From an uncultured Trueperaceae bacterium (lineage in GTDB: Bacteria; Deinococcota; Deinococci; Deinococcales; Trueperaceae), in NCBI GenBank assembly GCA_963815215.1, contig CAWFFU010000014.1:18112-82111 (forward strand): 64,000 nt of DNA. Direction: 5' to 3'. The notes beneath the pieces were generated by a model that saw only the letters and a list, made by a program, of their open reading frames with translations, was not told where the DNA came from and did no database searches. Positions 54,210 through 63,217 of the stretch are shown here, piece after piece; the stretch's first letter is position 1, and each line of letters begins with the position of its first letter. A program made the position numbers and the translations under genes.

Positions 54210-54610
54210 AGCGATCGTCCCTACCCCAGCTGGCGCGCCGCGCCTGGCCGCTCGCGGTCGCCCTGGCGCTGGTGCTCACCCTCACCGCCTGCGGCGCCGG
54301 CTTCAAGACCGTCAGCGTCAAGGACCTGCGCGCCGCCAGCGAGCCCAACCGCATCGTGCTCGACGTGCGCGAGCCCTACGAGTACGCCGCCGGTCACATC
54401 GCCGGCGCCAGGCTGCTGCCGCTGTCCCAGCTCCAGTCGCGCCTGGACGAGGTGCCTGCCGACCAGCCGGTCTACGTCTACTGCCACTCCGGCAACCGTT
54501 CCAAGCAGGCCAGCGAGATCCTAGCCAAGGCCGGCAAGAAGGATATCCGCGACGTCAGCGGCGGCATCCTGGCGTGGGAAGCGGCCGGCTACCCGATCAC
54601 CAGGGAGTAG
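54206..54610 (+). CDS. Rhodanese-domain lipoprotein
   Basis: Lipobox LTAC; DVRE, GHIAGA, YCHSGNRS. Confidence 0.85.
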   Translation: MKRSSLPQLARRAWPLAVALALVLTLTACGAGFKTVSVKDLRAASEPNRIVLDVREPYEYAAGHIAGARLLPLSQLQSRLDEVPADQPVYVYCHSGNRSKQASEILAKAGKKDIRDVSGGILAWEAAGYPITRE

Positions 54611-54635
54611 CCGGGGCGCGGTTCGACGCCACGTC

Positions 54636-54661
54636 GAAGGGCGGCCCCGCGGCCGCCCTTC
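54636..54661. terminator. Stem-loop between convergent genes
   Basis: gaagggcggcc-ccgc-ggccgcccttc. Confidence 0.6.
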
Positions 54662-54708
54662 TTCATGGACCCGTTTCGCGTGCGGCCCGGGAGGCCGCGT
54701 TCAGCGCC

Positions 54709-55368
54709 TCAGTCGCCCTGGCGCCGGACGTTGCCGGCACCGGCGATCGACTGCGTGAGCTTGGGGTCGCCGTGGTAGCGCACCCGCCCGTAGCCCGAGA
54801 TGGTGACGTTCAGGCTGTCAATGACGCGCAGCTCCGCCTCGCCGTGGCCGCTGATGCGCACCTCGGCGCGCTGCGCCGTCAGCTCCGGCAGCTCGACCTC
54901 GCCCGAGCCGGCGATGTCGATGCGCGCCTCGTCGACCTTGCCGCGCGCCTCGATCTCGCCGCGGCCGTTGATCTTGACGTGGAGCTCGCGGGCCTGCAGG
55001 TCGTCGATGTGCACCGAGCCCTGGCCGCTGATGGCGAGGGTGAGGTCGTCGGCGCGCAGCGCTTCGGCGCGGATGCTGCCGCGCCCAGACACGCCGATCC
55101 TCCGCAGGGTGTCGACCCCGATGCGGTAGGTGAGCGGGCGGCGGCCGATGAAGCGTAGGCCTTCGACCAGACGCTCGAGCCAGTCCTGCCCGATCTCGAG
55201 GATGAGCGAGCCGCCCTCGACGCGCACCGCCAGCTTCTGCAGCAGCTCGGCGTCACCCTCCACCGTCAGGCTCTCACCCTGGCCCTGGGTGACGATCATG
55301 TCGCCGAACCAGCGCAGCTCCACGGTGTCGAAGTCGCGGACTTCGAAGTCCTTGCGTTCCTCAGCCAT
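54709..55368 (-). CDS. DUF2807 (head GIN)-like beta-helix protein without signal peptide
   Basis: Repeated SGxG beta-helix turns; C-terminal VRYHGDP. Confidence 0.75.
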   Translation of the reverse strand: MAEERKDFEVRDFDTVELRWFGDMIVTQGQGESLTVEGDAELLQKLAVRVEGGSLILEIGQDWLERLVEGLRFIGRRPLTYRIGVDTLRRIGVSGRGSIRAEALRADDLTLAISGQGSVHIDDLQARELHVKINGRGEIEARGKVDEARIDIAGSGEVELPELTAQRAEVRISGHGEAELRVIDSLNVTISGYGRVRYHGDPKLTQSIAGAGNVRRQGD

Positions 55369-55510
55369 GCGAACCTCCCATCTCGGGCACGCCCCGTGGC
55401 GTCGCCCTCCACGCGGTCATGCTAGCGCGGCCCCCGCGCCGTCACGTCCTCCGAAAGGAGGACGCGCGTGCCGCGGCCGCGGCGCTAGAGTTGCTTGCTG
55501 AGGAGGGTTC

Positions 55511-56426
55511 TTGATGACACCTGAACAACGGGAACGACGCCCGAGAGGATCCGGTCTGGCGATCCTGCTGATCGTCGCGGGAGTCTTCATCCTGCTGGCG
55601 AACTTCGGCTGGTTCGACTGGTTCACGCTGGTGCGACTCGGCGCCCTGTGGCCGGTGCTGCTGGTCGCCATCGGTGCCGACATGCTCACGCGCGGCCGCT
55701 ACCGCCTGCCGGTCTGGGGCGCGGCGATCGTCATCGGCGGGCTGCTCTTCGTCTACCAGGGCAGCGGTCCGCGCGGCGTGCTGGGCGGCGGAGCGGCCGA
55801 GAGCCATACCATCGCCCACACCCTGGCGGGCGCCCGCGCCGCCGAGGTGACCGTATCCACCGGCGTGGGCAACCTGCGCCTGTCCGACTCGACCGCGTCG
55901 GGCGAGCTGGTGGCGGGGACCATCGTGACGGGCCGGGGCGAGACGCTCATCGACGACCTCAGCCATCGCGGCGACACGGCGGTGCTGCGCCTGACCAGCC
56001 GCCAAGGGACCCGGCGTGAACCTGGGCGGCGGCGCCGATCGGCGGAGCTGGGACCTGCAGCTCACGCGCTCGGTGCCGATCACGCTGGACGTCAACACCG
56101 GGGTCGGCCAGGCGCGCCTCGACCTGCGGGCGTTGAACCTCACCAGCCTGCGCATGGAGGCCGGGGTGGGCGAGGTGACCGCCACGCTGCCGGCGCAGGG
56201 CGTCTACCGGGCCGACTTCAAGGCCGGCGTGGGCGCCACGCACGTCACCATCCCGTCGTCGATGGCCGCGCGCGTGACCGTGAAGGCGGGCCTGGGCTCG
56301 GTGCACGTCAACGGGACCTTCGCCCGCAGCGGCGACGTCTACGAGACGCCGGGCTACGCCGGCGCCGACAACCGGGTGGACCTGAACGTCGAGGGTGGGC
56401 TGGGCCAGATCACCATCGACCACTGA
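55511..56426 (+). pseudogene. LiaI/LiaF-like membrane protein with beta-helix C-terminus, split by a one-base frameshift at ~56006-56008 (may be a sequencing error)
   Basis: GLAILLIVAG and LWPVLLVAIG N-terminus; removing one G from CAAGGGACC joins it to the 56016-56426 frame (GVG repeats); hairpin after 56426. Confidence 0.65.
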
Positions 56427-56438
56427 GGAACGCGCGCC

Positions 56439-56479
56439 GGGTCGAACGCCCGGGCGGGGCCGCTCCGGCGGTTCGACCC
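56439..56479. terminator. Stem-loop between convergent genes
   Basis: gggtcgaac...gttcgaccc. Confidence 0.5.
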
Positions 56480-56501
56480 ACCACAAGCTGACGGCCCGAG
56501 C

Positions 56502-57047
56502 CTAGGGGTGGTAGGGAGTGACCGCCAGCGTGCGCGCGCCTCCTGTCACCTGGTAGCTCTCCACCTCGTCGTTCCCGGTGTCCAGGATCAGGAAGGTGGC
56601 GGGGACGTCGGCGCCGGCCAGCGGGTCGTACCCCAGCAGCGTGCCGGGATCGAGGATCCAACCGGTGTCGGTGCGTTCGACGCGGTGGCGGTGGTCGTGG
56701 CCGTACACGATCAGCGGGATGCTGACGGGGTCGAGCGCCTCGGCGATCGCCGGGAAGTGGTTCATGACCACCGCCTGCCCGTCGAGGTGGCCCTCGTACA
56801 CTTCACCGTGCAGCTCCAGATGGTCGAAGGCGCGCGCCACTTGCGCCATCCGGAAGCGGTCGCCGTCGTTGTTGCCGAACACGGTGTGGATGCGGCCGCG
56901 GGTGTAGCCCTGGGCCAGGATCGGCAGGACGAACGGCGAGCAGAGGTCGCCCGCTACCAGCAGGGTGTCGACGTCCTGTAGGGCCGTGAGCGCCGCCCGC
57001 AGGTTCCAGACGTGATCGTGGACGTCCGAGAGGATGCCGATCCTCAT
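56502..57047 (-). CDS. Metallophosphoesterase (YfcE/MJ0936 family)
   Basis: SDVHD, AGD, GNND, GHDH, DPG. Confidence 0.88.
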   Translation of the reverse strand: MRIGILSDVHDHVWNLRAALTALQDVDTLLVAGDLCSPFVLPILAQGYTRGRIHTVFGNNDGDRFRMAQVARAFDHLELHGEVYEGHLDGQAVVMNHFPAIAEALDPVSIPLIVYGHDHRHRVERTDTGWILDPGTLLGYDPLAGADVPATFLILDTGNDEVESYQVTGGARTLAVTPYHP

Positions 57048-57093
57048 GCCGTCTCCCTTCTCGGCGGGGCGGGCCGCGATGGACCCGATCCGC

Positions 57094-57579
57094 TCACAGC
57101 TTGTAGCCGATCTGCCGCAGAAGCCCCTTGCGCCAGGCCACGCCCTCGTCGTCCTCGACGCCCAGCGGCGGCTCGCCGTCGATCACGCCGAGGATGCCGC
57201 GGCCCTGCTCGCTCTCCGCCACGATCACCTGGGTGGGGTTGGCGGTGGCGCAGAAGATATGGCACACCTCGGGGACCGCCTGGAGCGTGTTGAGCACGTT
57301 GATGGGGTAGAAGCCCTCGCCCAGGAACAGCAAGAAGCTGTGGCCGGCGCCGATGGCCTGAGCGTTGCGGCTCGCCAGCGCGGTGAGCTCGTCGTCGGTG
57401 CCGCTGAGGCGCACCAGGCGCGCGCCGGAGGCCTCGCAGAAGGCCAGCCCGAAGCGGATGCCGGGCACCGCCGTCACCAGCGCCTCGTGGATGTCCTCCA
57501 CGGTCTTGATGAAGTGGGACTGGCCGAGCACGAAGTTCAGTGTTTCGGGCTTGTCGATGCCGACGAGGGTGAGCTCCAC
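57094..57579 (-). CDS. Adenosine-specific kinase family (DUF355) protein
   Basis: GQSHFIKTVEDIHE, FGLAFCEASG, GAGHSF, PEVCHIFCATANP, GRGILGVIDG; GTG after AGGAG. Confidence 0.85.
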   Translation of the reverse strand: MELTLVGIDKPETLNFVLGQSHFIKTVEDIHEALVTAVPGIRFGLAFCEASGARLVRLSGTDDELTALASRNAQAIGAGHSFLLFLGEGFYPINVLNTLQAVPEVCHIFCATANPTQVIVAESEQGRGILGVIDGEPPLGVEDDEGVAWRKGLLRQIGYKL

Positions 57580-57661
57580 GGCTGTCTCCTTCCCGGCCCT
57601 CATTGGGGTCGCCGGCCGCACCGGCTCCAGCCTACCCGAGGCCGCCGCGCGCGGCGCTCAG

Positions 57662-58264
57662 CTAGAGCCAGCCCCGCTCCCGTGCGATGCGCGCCGCCTC
57701 CACCCGGTTGCCCGCGCCGAGCTTGCTGATGGCCTCGGAGAGGTAGTTGCGTACCGTCCCCTCGGACAGCCGCAGCTCGGCCGCGATGTCGGCGCCGCTG
57801 CGCCCCTGCCCGGCGAGCCTCAGCACCTGCCGCTCGCGGTCGGTCAGCGGATCGGGCTCGCTCCACGCCTCCGCGGCGAGCTCCGGGTCGATAGCGCGGC
57901 CGCCGGCGTGGACGCGCCGGATGGCGTCGGCCAGCTCCGACGCCGGAGCGTCCTTGAGCAGGTAGCCGCTGGCGCCGGCGTCGAGCGCGCGCCGCAGGTA
58001 GCCCGAACGGGCGAAGGTGGTGAGGATGACGATGCGCGTCGCCAGCCCGCGCTCGCGTACTGCGGCGGCGAGCTCGAGCCCGGTCATGCGCGGCATCTCG
58101 ATGTCGGTCACCAGCACGTCGGGCTGCAGCTCGATCACGGCCTCCAGCGCGGCCTGCCCGTCGGGCGCCTGGGCCGTCACCTCGATGTCGCCCTGCAGCT
58201 CCAGCAGGGCCGCCAGCGCGCCCAGCACCATCGCCTGATCCTCGGCCAGGACGGTTCGGATCAT
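57662..58264 (-). CDS. NarL/LuxR response regulator, DesR-like
   Basis: LAEDQ, DIEMP, LTTFARSGY, GTVRNYLS. Confidence 0.92.
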   Translation of the reverse strand: MIRTVLAEDQAMVLGALAALLELQGDIEVTAQAPDGQAALEAVIELQPDVLVTDIEMPRMTGLELAAAVRERGLATRIVILTTFARSGYLRRALDAGASGYLLKDAPASELADAIRRVHAGGRAIDPELAAEAWSEPDPLTDRERQVLRLAGQGRSGADIAAELRLSEGTVRNYLSEAISKLGAGNRVEAARIARERGWL

Positions 58265-58280
58265 CGAAGGGCCGCGTTTC

Positions 58281-59450
58281 TCACGAGGTAGGCAACTCCC
58301 CACCGTTGAGCGTCCTGGGCGATTCCTCGGCGCGGGCGCGGCTCGCCTTGAGCGGCAGAGCGATCCTCAGGCGCGTGCCGCGGTCGTCGGTCACCTGCAG
58401 CGTCCCTCCCAGCGCCTGCAGGCGTGCGCGCATGCCGGCCAGGCCGCCGTCCCCGATGGACGCGCCGCCCGCCCCGTCGTCCTCGACGGTCAGCTCGGCG
58501 TGGTCGCCGAGCCTTCGCAGCTGCACCGTGCAGTGCCGCGCGTTGGCGTGGCGCAGCACGTTGGTGACCGCCTCGCGCAGGGCGAGCGCCAGCACGCCCT
58601 CGCGCTCCGGAGTGAGATCCAGGGGTTCGGCGTAGTAGTCGAACGCGACCTCGCCGGCCTCCAGCGCGAGCTTGGCGTTGGCCAGCTCGCCCTCCAGGCC
58701 GCGCGCTCGGAAGCCGGCGACGGCGCTGCGCACCTCGCCGAGGGCGTCGCGCGAGATGCGTTCCACCTCGCGCATCTCGCGGGCGGCGCGCTCCGGGTCG
58801 TCGAGCGCAAGCTTGTGGGCCAGCTCGGATTTCAGCGTGATGATCGACAGGGTGTGGCCCAGCAGGTCGTGCAGGTCCCGGGCGATGCGCTCGCGCTCGG
58901 CGATGGCGGCCAGGTGCTCGATCTCGTCCTGCGCCATCGCCAGGCGTGCGTCGGTCTGGATGCGTTCACGCTGGAACAGCACCGACAGCCCCAGAACCGG
59001 CACCAGCAGGAACGCCGGCGCGAAGGCTGCCAGCACGTATGGGAAGGGGATGCTCGAGGTGAACGCCGTCACCAGCGCCGTCGCCATCACAAGAGCCAAG
59101 ACCGTGAGCGCCCGCCGTCGCGGCCGCAGGGCTCCTCCGGCGGCGGCGGCGTAGACGAGGAAGGTGGTGGCGCCCGAGTTGATGGGGATGCTGGCCACGC
59201 CGATGGCGACCATCGCGATGATGCCGAGCACGGCGCCGGGCCGTCGACGTTCACGGCTCCACAGGTAGGGTTGAGAGGTGCAGCGCGGGAACGTCCACAG
59301 GTAGACGGGGAGGAACACCACGGTCATCACGCCGGTCGCGATCCAGGTGGCGGCTACGGTCGACGGGTCGAACAGCGGCTGGAAGAACAGGAACAGCAGG
59401 TAGACCAGGTAGACCGCGGAGGAGCGTTGGGAGTAGCGCTGCCGCGTCAT
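58281..59450 (-). CDS. HisKA_3 sensor kinase, DesK-like
   Basis: ERERIARDLHDLLGHTLS, REAVTNVLRHA, DDG, GLAGMRAR. Confidence 0.92.
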   Translation of the reverse strand: MTRQRYSQRSSAVYLVYLLFLFFQPLFDPSTVAATWIATGVMTVVFLPVYLWTFPRCTSQPYLWSRERRRPGAVLGIIAMVAIGVASIPINSGATTFLVYAAAAGGALRPRRRALTVLALVMATALVTAFTSSIPFPYVLAAFAPAFLLVPVLGLSVLFQRERIQTDARLAMAQDEIEHLAAIAERERIARDLHDLLGHTLSIITLKSELAHKLALDDPERAAREMREVERISRDALGEVRSAVAGFRARGLEGELANAKLALEAGEVAFDYYAEPLDLTPEREGVLALALREAVTNVLRHANARHCTVQLRRLGDHAELTVEDDGAGGASIGDGGLAGMRARLQALGGTLQVTDDRGTRLRIALPLKASRARAEESPRTLNGGELPTS

Positions 59451-59540
59451 CGCGCCCATCCTACGCGCTCCACCGGGGCACGCCGGCGTCGCTCCGGTCT
59501 GGGGGCCCCGGAGCGACGGTCGTGTGCGTGGTGCGCGGGC

Positions 59541-60341
59541 TCAGCCGTAGGTACGGCCCTCGTCGCGGCGGTAGGCGTAGCCGGCGGCGACCAGGAACAG
59601 TGCGGTGAAGGCGGCGAGGGCGAGCAGGTGGTGACCCACCGTGCCGACCGGATGCGCCCCGATGGCCGCCAGCGCGAGCTGCCCGAAGTGGTAGGCCGGG
59701 AGGTAGGGGGCGATGTGCTGGACGACGGCGGGGAGCTGGGTGATGGGGATGTAGAGGCCGGAGACGAAGGTCATCGGCAAGTTGACGAGGTTCAGGACCG
59801 TCGGGGCGGAGTTGGGGCCGAGTGCGTAGCCGAAGGCCAGGCCCATCGCCGCGAAGGGGATCACTCCGGCTGCCAGCGTGCCGAGGAGCCGCAACCAGGT
59901 GACGACCGGCAGATGCACGCCCTGCAGCAGGTAGGCGGTGACCGTGAGGGCGACCAGCACCAGTGCCGAGAACATCACCGCCATCAGCGTCTTGGCCGTG
60001 AAGTAGGCGGACGCCGGCATGGGGGAGACGCGCTTCAGCATCATCCAACCTTGGCCTCGCTCGGCGGCGACGCCGGCGCCGAAGGAGAAGACGGCGGCGT
60101 TGATCACGCCGACCGCGGCGTAGCTGGCCAGCAGGTAGGCGGCGACGCGGATACCCTGCGTGCTGAAGCCGCCGAAGCTGCTACCGAAGATCAGGTAGAA
60201 CATCACCGGGAACACCAGCGTGGACACGCTGTAGGCGCGCAGGCGCCACAGCTTCAGGAACTCGTACTTGGTCTCGAGCAGGTAGAGGCGGGGGAGATTG
60301 CGCTTCGCTGCGGTGGTCGGGTGGGCGGTGGCGGTGGTCAT
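59541..60341 (-). CDS. ABC-2 exporter permease (YvfS-like)
   Basis: AERGQGW, about 6 TM helices, LPAYH. Confidence 0.88.
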   Translation of the reverse strand: MTTATAHPTTAAKRNLPRLYLLETKYEFLKLWRLRAYSVSTLVFPVMFYLIFGSSFGGFSTQGIRVAAYLLASYAAVGVINAAVFSFGAGVAAERGQGWMMLKRVSPMPASAYFTAKTLMAVMFSALVLVALTVTAYLLQGVHLPVVTWLRLLGTLAAGVIPFAAMGLAFGYALGPNSAPTVLNLVNLPMTFVSGLYIPITQLPAVVQHIAPYLPAYHFGQLALAAIGAHPVGTVGHHLLALAAFTALFLVAAGYAYRRDEGRTYG

Positions 60342-60372
60342 CGGGATCCTCCGGGAACGGGCGGTGTGCGGG

Positions 60373-61338
60373 TCACGCCTGGGGGCGGTTCGTGAGGGCG
60401 AGGAAGGCGTCTTCGAGGCCGGCGCCGCCGACCTCCAGGTCGCGTAGGTCGGGGTCGCGCTGCAGGAGCTCGAGCACCACGGCTTCGGCCCGGCTGGTGA
60501 GGATCTCGAGGGCGGCGCCGTTGCGCTCCACCGAGACGACGCCGTCGAGGGAGCGGATCAGCTCGGGTTCGAGGCCGGTGACGGCGTGCACGCGCCGGCC
60601 GGCGGTGCGCGACTTGATCTCCGCGGGGGTCCCCTCAGCGATCACGGTGCCGTGGTCGACGACCACGATGCGGTCGGCCAGCGCGTCGGCCTCCTCCAGG
60701 TAGTGCGTGGTAAGCACGACGGTGCGGCCCGAGCCGATGAAGTCGCGCACCTGCCGCCAGAAGGCGCGGCGGGAGCTGACATCGAGGCCGGTGGTGGGCT
60801 CGTCGAGGAACAGGAGGTCCGGGTTGCCGACCAGCGCCAGCGCGAAGTGCAGGCGCTGCTTCTGCCCGCCGGAGAGCTTGCCGTAGGGTCGGTCGGCGAC
60901 CTCCACCAGCTCAGCGACCTCGAGGGCGCGGGCCACCGGCAGCGGCGCCGGGTAGTAGCTCGCGAACAGCTCCAGATGCTCGCGCACCTTGAGGGTAGCG
61001 GGCACACCGGAGATCTGCAGCATGGCGCCGACGCGCACCTTGGCGGCGGTGCTCTGCGGGTCTCCGCCGAAGAGCCGGACGTCGCCGGCGGTGGGCTTGA
61101 GCAGCCCCAGCAGCAGCCCAACCGAGGTCGTCTTGCCGGCGCCGTTGGGGCCGAGAAGCGCCAGCACCTCGCCGGAGCGGACTTTCAGGTCGACGCCGCG
61201 CAGGGCCTCTACATCGCCGTAGTGCTTGCGAACGCCCCTGAGCTCGGCCACGACCTGCCCGGGCGCCTCGGCGAACCCGGAGAGTTCATGCTGTCGAGCC
61301 GAGAAGGTGGATGGCATGGTCATCGGTTGCGTTTCCAT
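60373..61338 (-). CDS. ABC exporter ATP-binding protein (YvfR-like)
   Basis: GPNGAGKTT, LSGGQKQR, FLDEPT, TTHYLEEA; start approximate. Confidence 0.9.
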   Translation of the reverse strand: METQPMTMPSTFSARQHELSGFAEAPGQVVAELRGVRKHYGDVEALRGVDLKVRSGEVLALLGPNGAGKTTSVGLLLGLLKPTAGDVRLFGGDPQSTAAKVRVGAMLQISGVPATLKVREHLELFASYYPAPLPVARALEVAELVEVADRPYGKLSGGQKQRLHFALALVGNPDLLFLDEPTTGLDVSSRRAFWRQVRDFIGSGRTVVLTTHYLEEADALADRIVVVDHGTVIAEGTPAEIKSRTAGRRVHAVTGLEPELIRSLDGVVSVERNGAALEILTSRAEAVVLELLQRDPDLRDLEVGGAGLEDAFLALTNRPQA

Positions 61339-61376
61339 GCCTGTAAGTGTCGCGTGCAGCGGGGTTGCCGCCGTAG

Positions 61377-61421
61377 TGAGCAGCGTCATGGCGCAGGGGT
61401 GACATCTGTCATGGCCGTCAT
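61377..61421 (-). promoter_or_regulatory. DesR-type binding sites
   Basis: Minus strand ATGACGGCC-ATGACAGATGTCA-...-ATGACGCTGCTCA upstream of the ABC-desKR operon. Confidence 0.6.
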
Positions 61422-61763
61422 CGGCAGAACCGGGCCCGGAACGTCCCTGGGCATGTGGCCGCCGATCCGCGTGTTCTACGCGCTCGCGAGACGGGCGCCG
61501 TGGCCGATGCTGCGCAGCGTGCAGCGCACGATGACCGACCCGGACCGAAACTCCACCCCACAGAATGTGCAGCGCATGCGGCCGGCCGACGCGGCGCTGG
61601 TGGCTGCGGCTCCGCGGAGGCCGGCCGTGGGGAGCTCTAGCTGGGCGTAAGTGCCTCCTCTCAAACGCGCCCGCGGCCGACCGCCGGTGGGCGGTGCGGC
61701 CGCGGTGGGCCCTGGTTGGCTGTCGACGGCGCGTTCGGGTCGCGCGGTGTGGTGCCCCCAACT

Positions 61764-61982
61764 TCACGCCTTGACGAGGCGGTAGAGCCAGCGTGGTGTG
61801 GGGTCCGGGCGGGCGGGTCCGGCGCTGCGCGTCGGGTTGCGCTTGGGCTCGGCGGCCTGCCTGCGGGTGGATTCGGCGATCTCGCTGCGGTCCGGGCGGC
61901 GGCGCGCCTGGCGGCGGTAGTCGGCGGAGCGTCGGAAGTCCTCGTAGCGTTCCATCCTGGCGCGCATCTCGGTGTGGGTCAT
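61764..61982 (-). CDS. Small Arg-rich hypothetical protein
   Basis: Strong AGGAGGAAGG RBS before ATG 61982. Confidence 0.5.
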   Translation of the reverse strand: MTHTEMRARMERYEDFRRSADYRRQARRRPDRSEIAESTRRQAAEPKRNPTRSAGPARPDPTPRWLYRLVKA

Positions 61983-62177
61983 GGCCTTCCTCCTTCGTGC
62001 CTCCACCATGCGGCGGTGTCTACTGGAGCCGAAAGGGATGGAGTCAAGTAGGGGACGGTGCGTCTCGTTCGGCTGCGTTCCCGGGCGGCCGGAGGCGCGC
62101 GCGGCGCGCGCGCGGAGCGCTGAGGGTCGCGGCTAGGGGACCGCCGCTACCGCTTGCCTGACGCGGGTCGGCCACGG

Positions 62178-62206
62178 TTGACCGCCCCCTGACGGCCGAG
62201 TAGACT
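62178..62206 (+). promoter_or_regulatory. tRNA promoter
   Basis: TTGACC-17bp-TAGACT. Confidence 0.75.
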
Positions 62207-62220
62207 ACGTAACGCGTCGC

Positions 62221-62295
62221 GGGCGGTTAGCTCAGCGGAAGAGCACTCGCTTCACACGCGAGGGGTCGTAGGTTCAAATCCTATACCGCCCACCA
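62221..62295 (+). tRNA. tRNA-Val (anticodon CAC), CCA encoded
   Basis: Acceptor GGGCGGT/ACCGCCC; D arm GCTC/GAGC; anticodon arm CTCGC-TTCACAC-GCGAG; T loop GGTTCAAATCC. Confidence 0.97.
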
Positions 62296-62305
62296 CCGAA
62301 AAGCA

Positions 62306-62367
62306 AGTGCTAGGACGAAGCAAGCCGGGTAGGCAGTCAGCTACCCGGCTCCTTCGTGCAGCACTTG
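62306..62367 (+). terminator. Long imperfect hairpin downstream of the tRNA
   Basis: aagtgct..acgaag..agccgggtag / ctacccggct..cttcgt..agcactt. Confidence 0.55.
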
Positions 62368-62736
62368 GGTTTGTCCGAGAGTCGGGTGACCGCTCCGTCG
62401 CTCCGGCCGCACGGGAGTGGGCCGGATTCGGGCCCTCCGACCCTTGGCAGTCCGACCGCGGCCACTTCGTCTGAGACGAGTTCGGCATCGTGATCCCCCA
62501 GCGGAGGGCGGTGCGCCACAACCCGACGCCAAGCGTCGAAGGATTCTACGCCAGCCGCGGCCGCGTGACAACGTGTTTCCCGCGCGGGCACATCGGTCGC
62601 TCGATAACGTTTTTTTCACTCTCTAGGAACCCCTCATTAGGTTCCCATGTTCGTCCCGTGCGCCTCTCTCCTGGGCACGCGGTGGAGCGCGCCCCCCTCT
62701 CTGTCCCCTCTGCGTGCCTGCGCCTGCGCGGACGGG

Positions 62737-63110
62737 CCCCCCCCGCCCCTACCTAACCGTCCTCCCCCCCGCCTGGGCGCACCCCTCGACCCCCTCCCCC
62801 ACCCCCTCCCCCATCCCTGCATCTTAGTGCCACCTCCCGTTCCCCCTCTCTCCCCCCCTCCCCCACCCCCCCCCCCCCCCTCCCCCCCTCCCCCCTCCCT
62901 CCCTTCCTCATACCCTGCACCTACCCGTCCCCCCTGGCGCCTCCCTCACTCTCATCCCCCCCCACTCCCCCCCCGCCACCCTCCCCTCCCACCCCCCACC
63001 CTCATCCCCTCCCCTCTCCCTTTCCCCCCCCCCCTCCCTCCCCCCCCCATCTCCTCCTCCTCCCCTCCCCCCCTCCCTCTCCCCCCCCCCCCCCCCCCTC
63101 CCCTCCCTTG
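62737..63110. other. Poly-C/pyrimidine low-complexity tract, probably a sequencing or assembly artefact
   Basis: Almost only C and T, with C runs of more than 10 nt. Confidence 0.7.
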
Positions 63111-63217
63111 GCGGGTTGCGGCGTGGGTGCTAGGCTGGGGGGCTGCACTTTGGGGGGCGGGTTGATGATCGCGCGCTTTGGACGTGTTGGGCGTGGGGTC
63201 GGGAACGAGGACACTCA

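Noticed and set aside
61527..61552. Hammerhead-like GATGA...GAAAC
   Set aside because: Lacks the CUGAnGA core and a proper stem II
820..61650. Many long antisense or alternative-frame ORFs (e.g. 820-2583+, 3171-5177+, 8851-11151-, 17486-20359-, 17809-19923+, 58500-60395+)
   Set aside because: Shadow ORFs expected at very high GC; they overlap genes with clear family motifs and have none of their own
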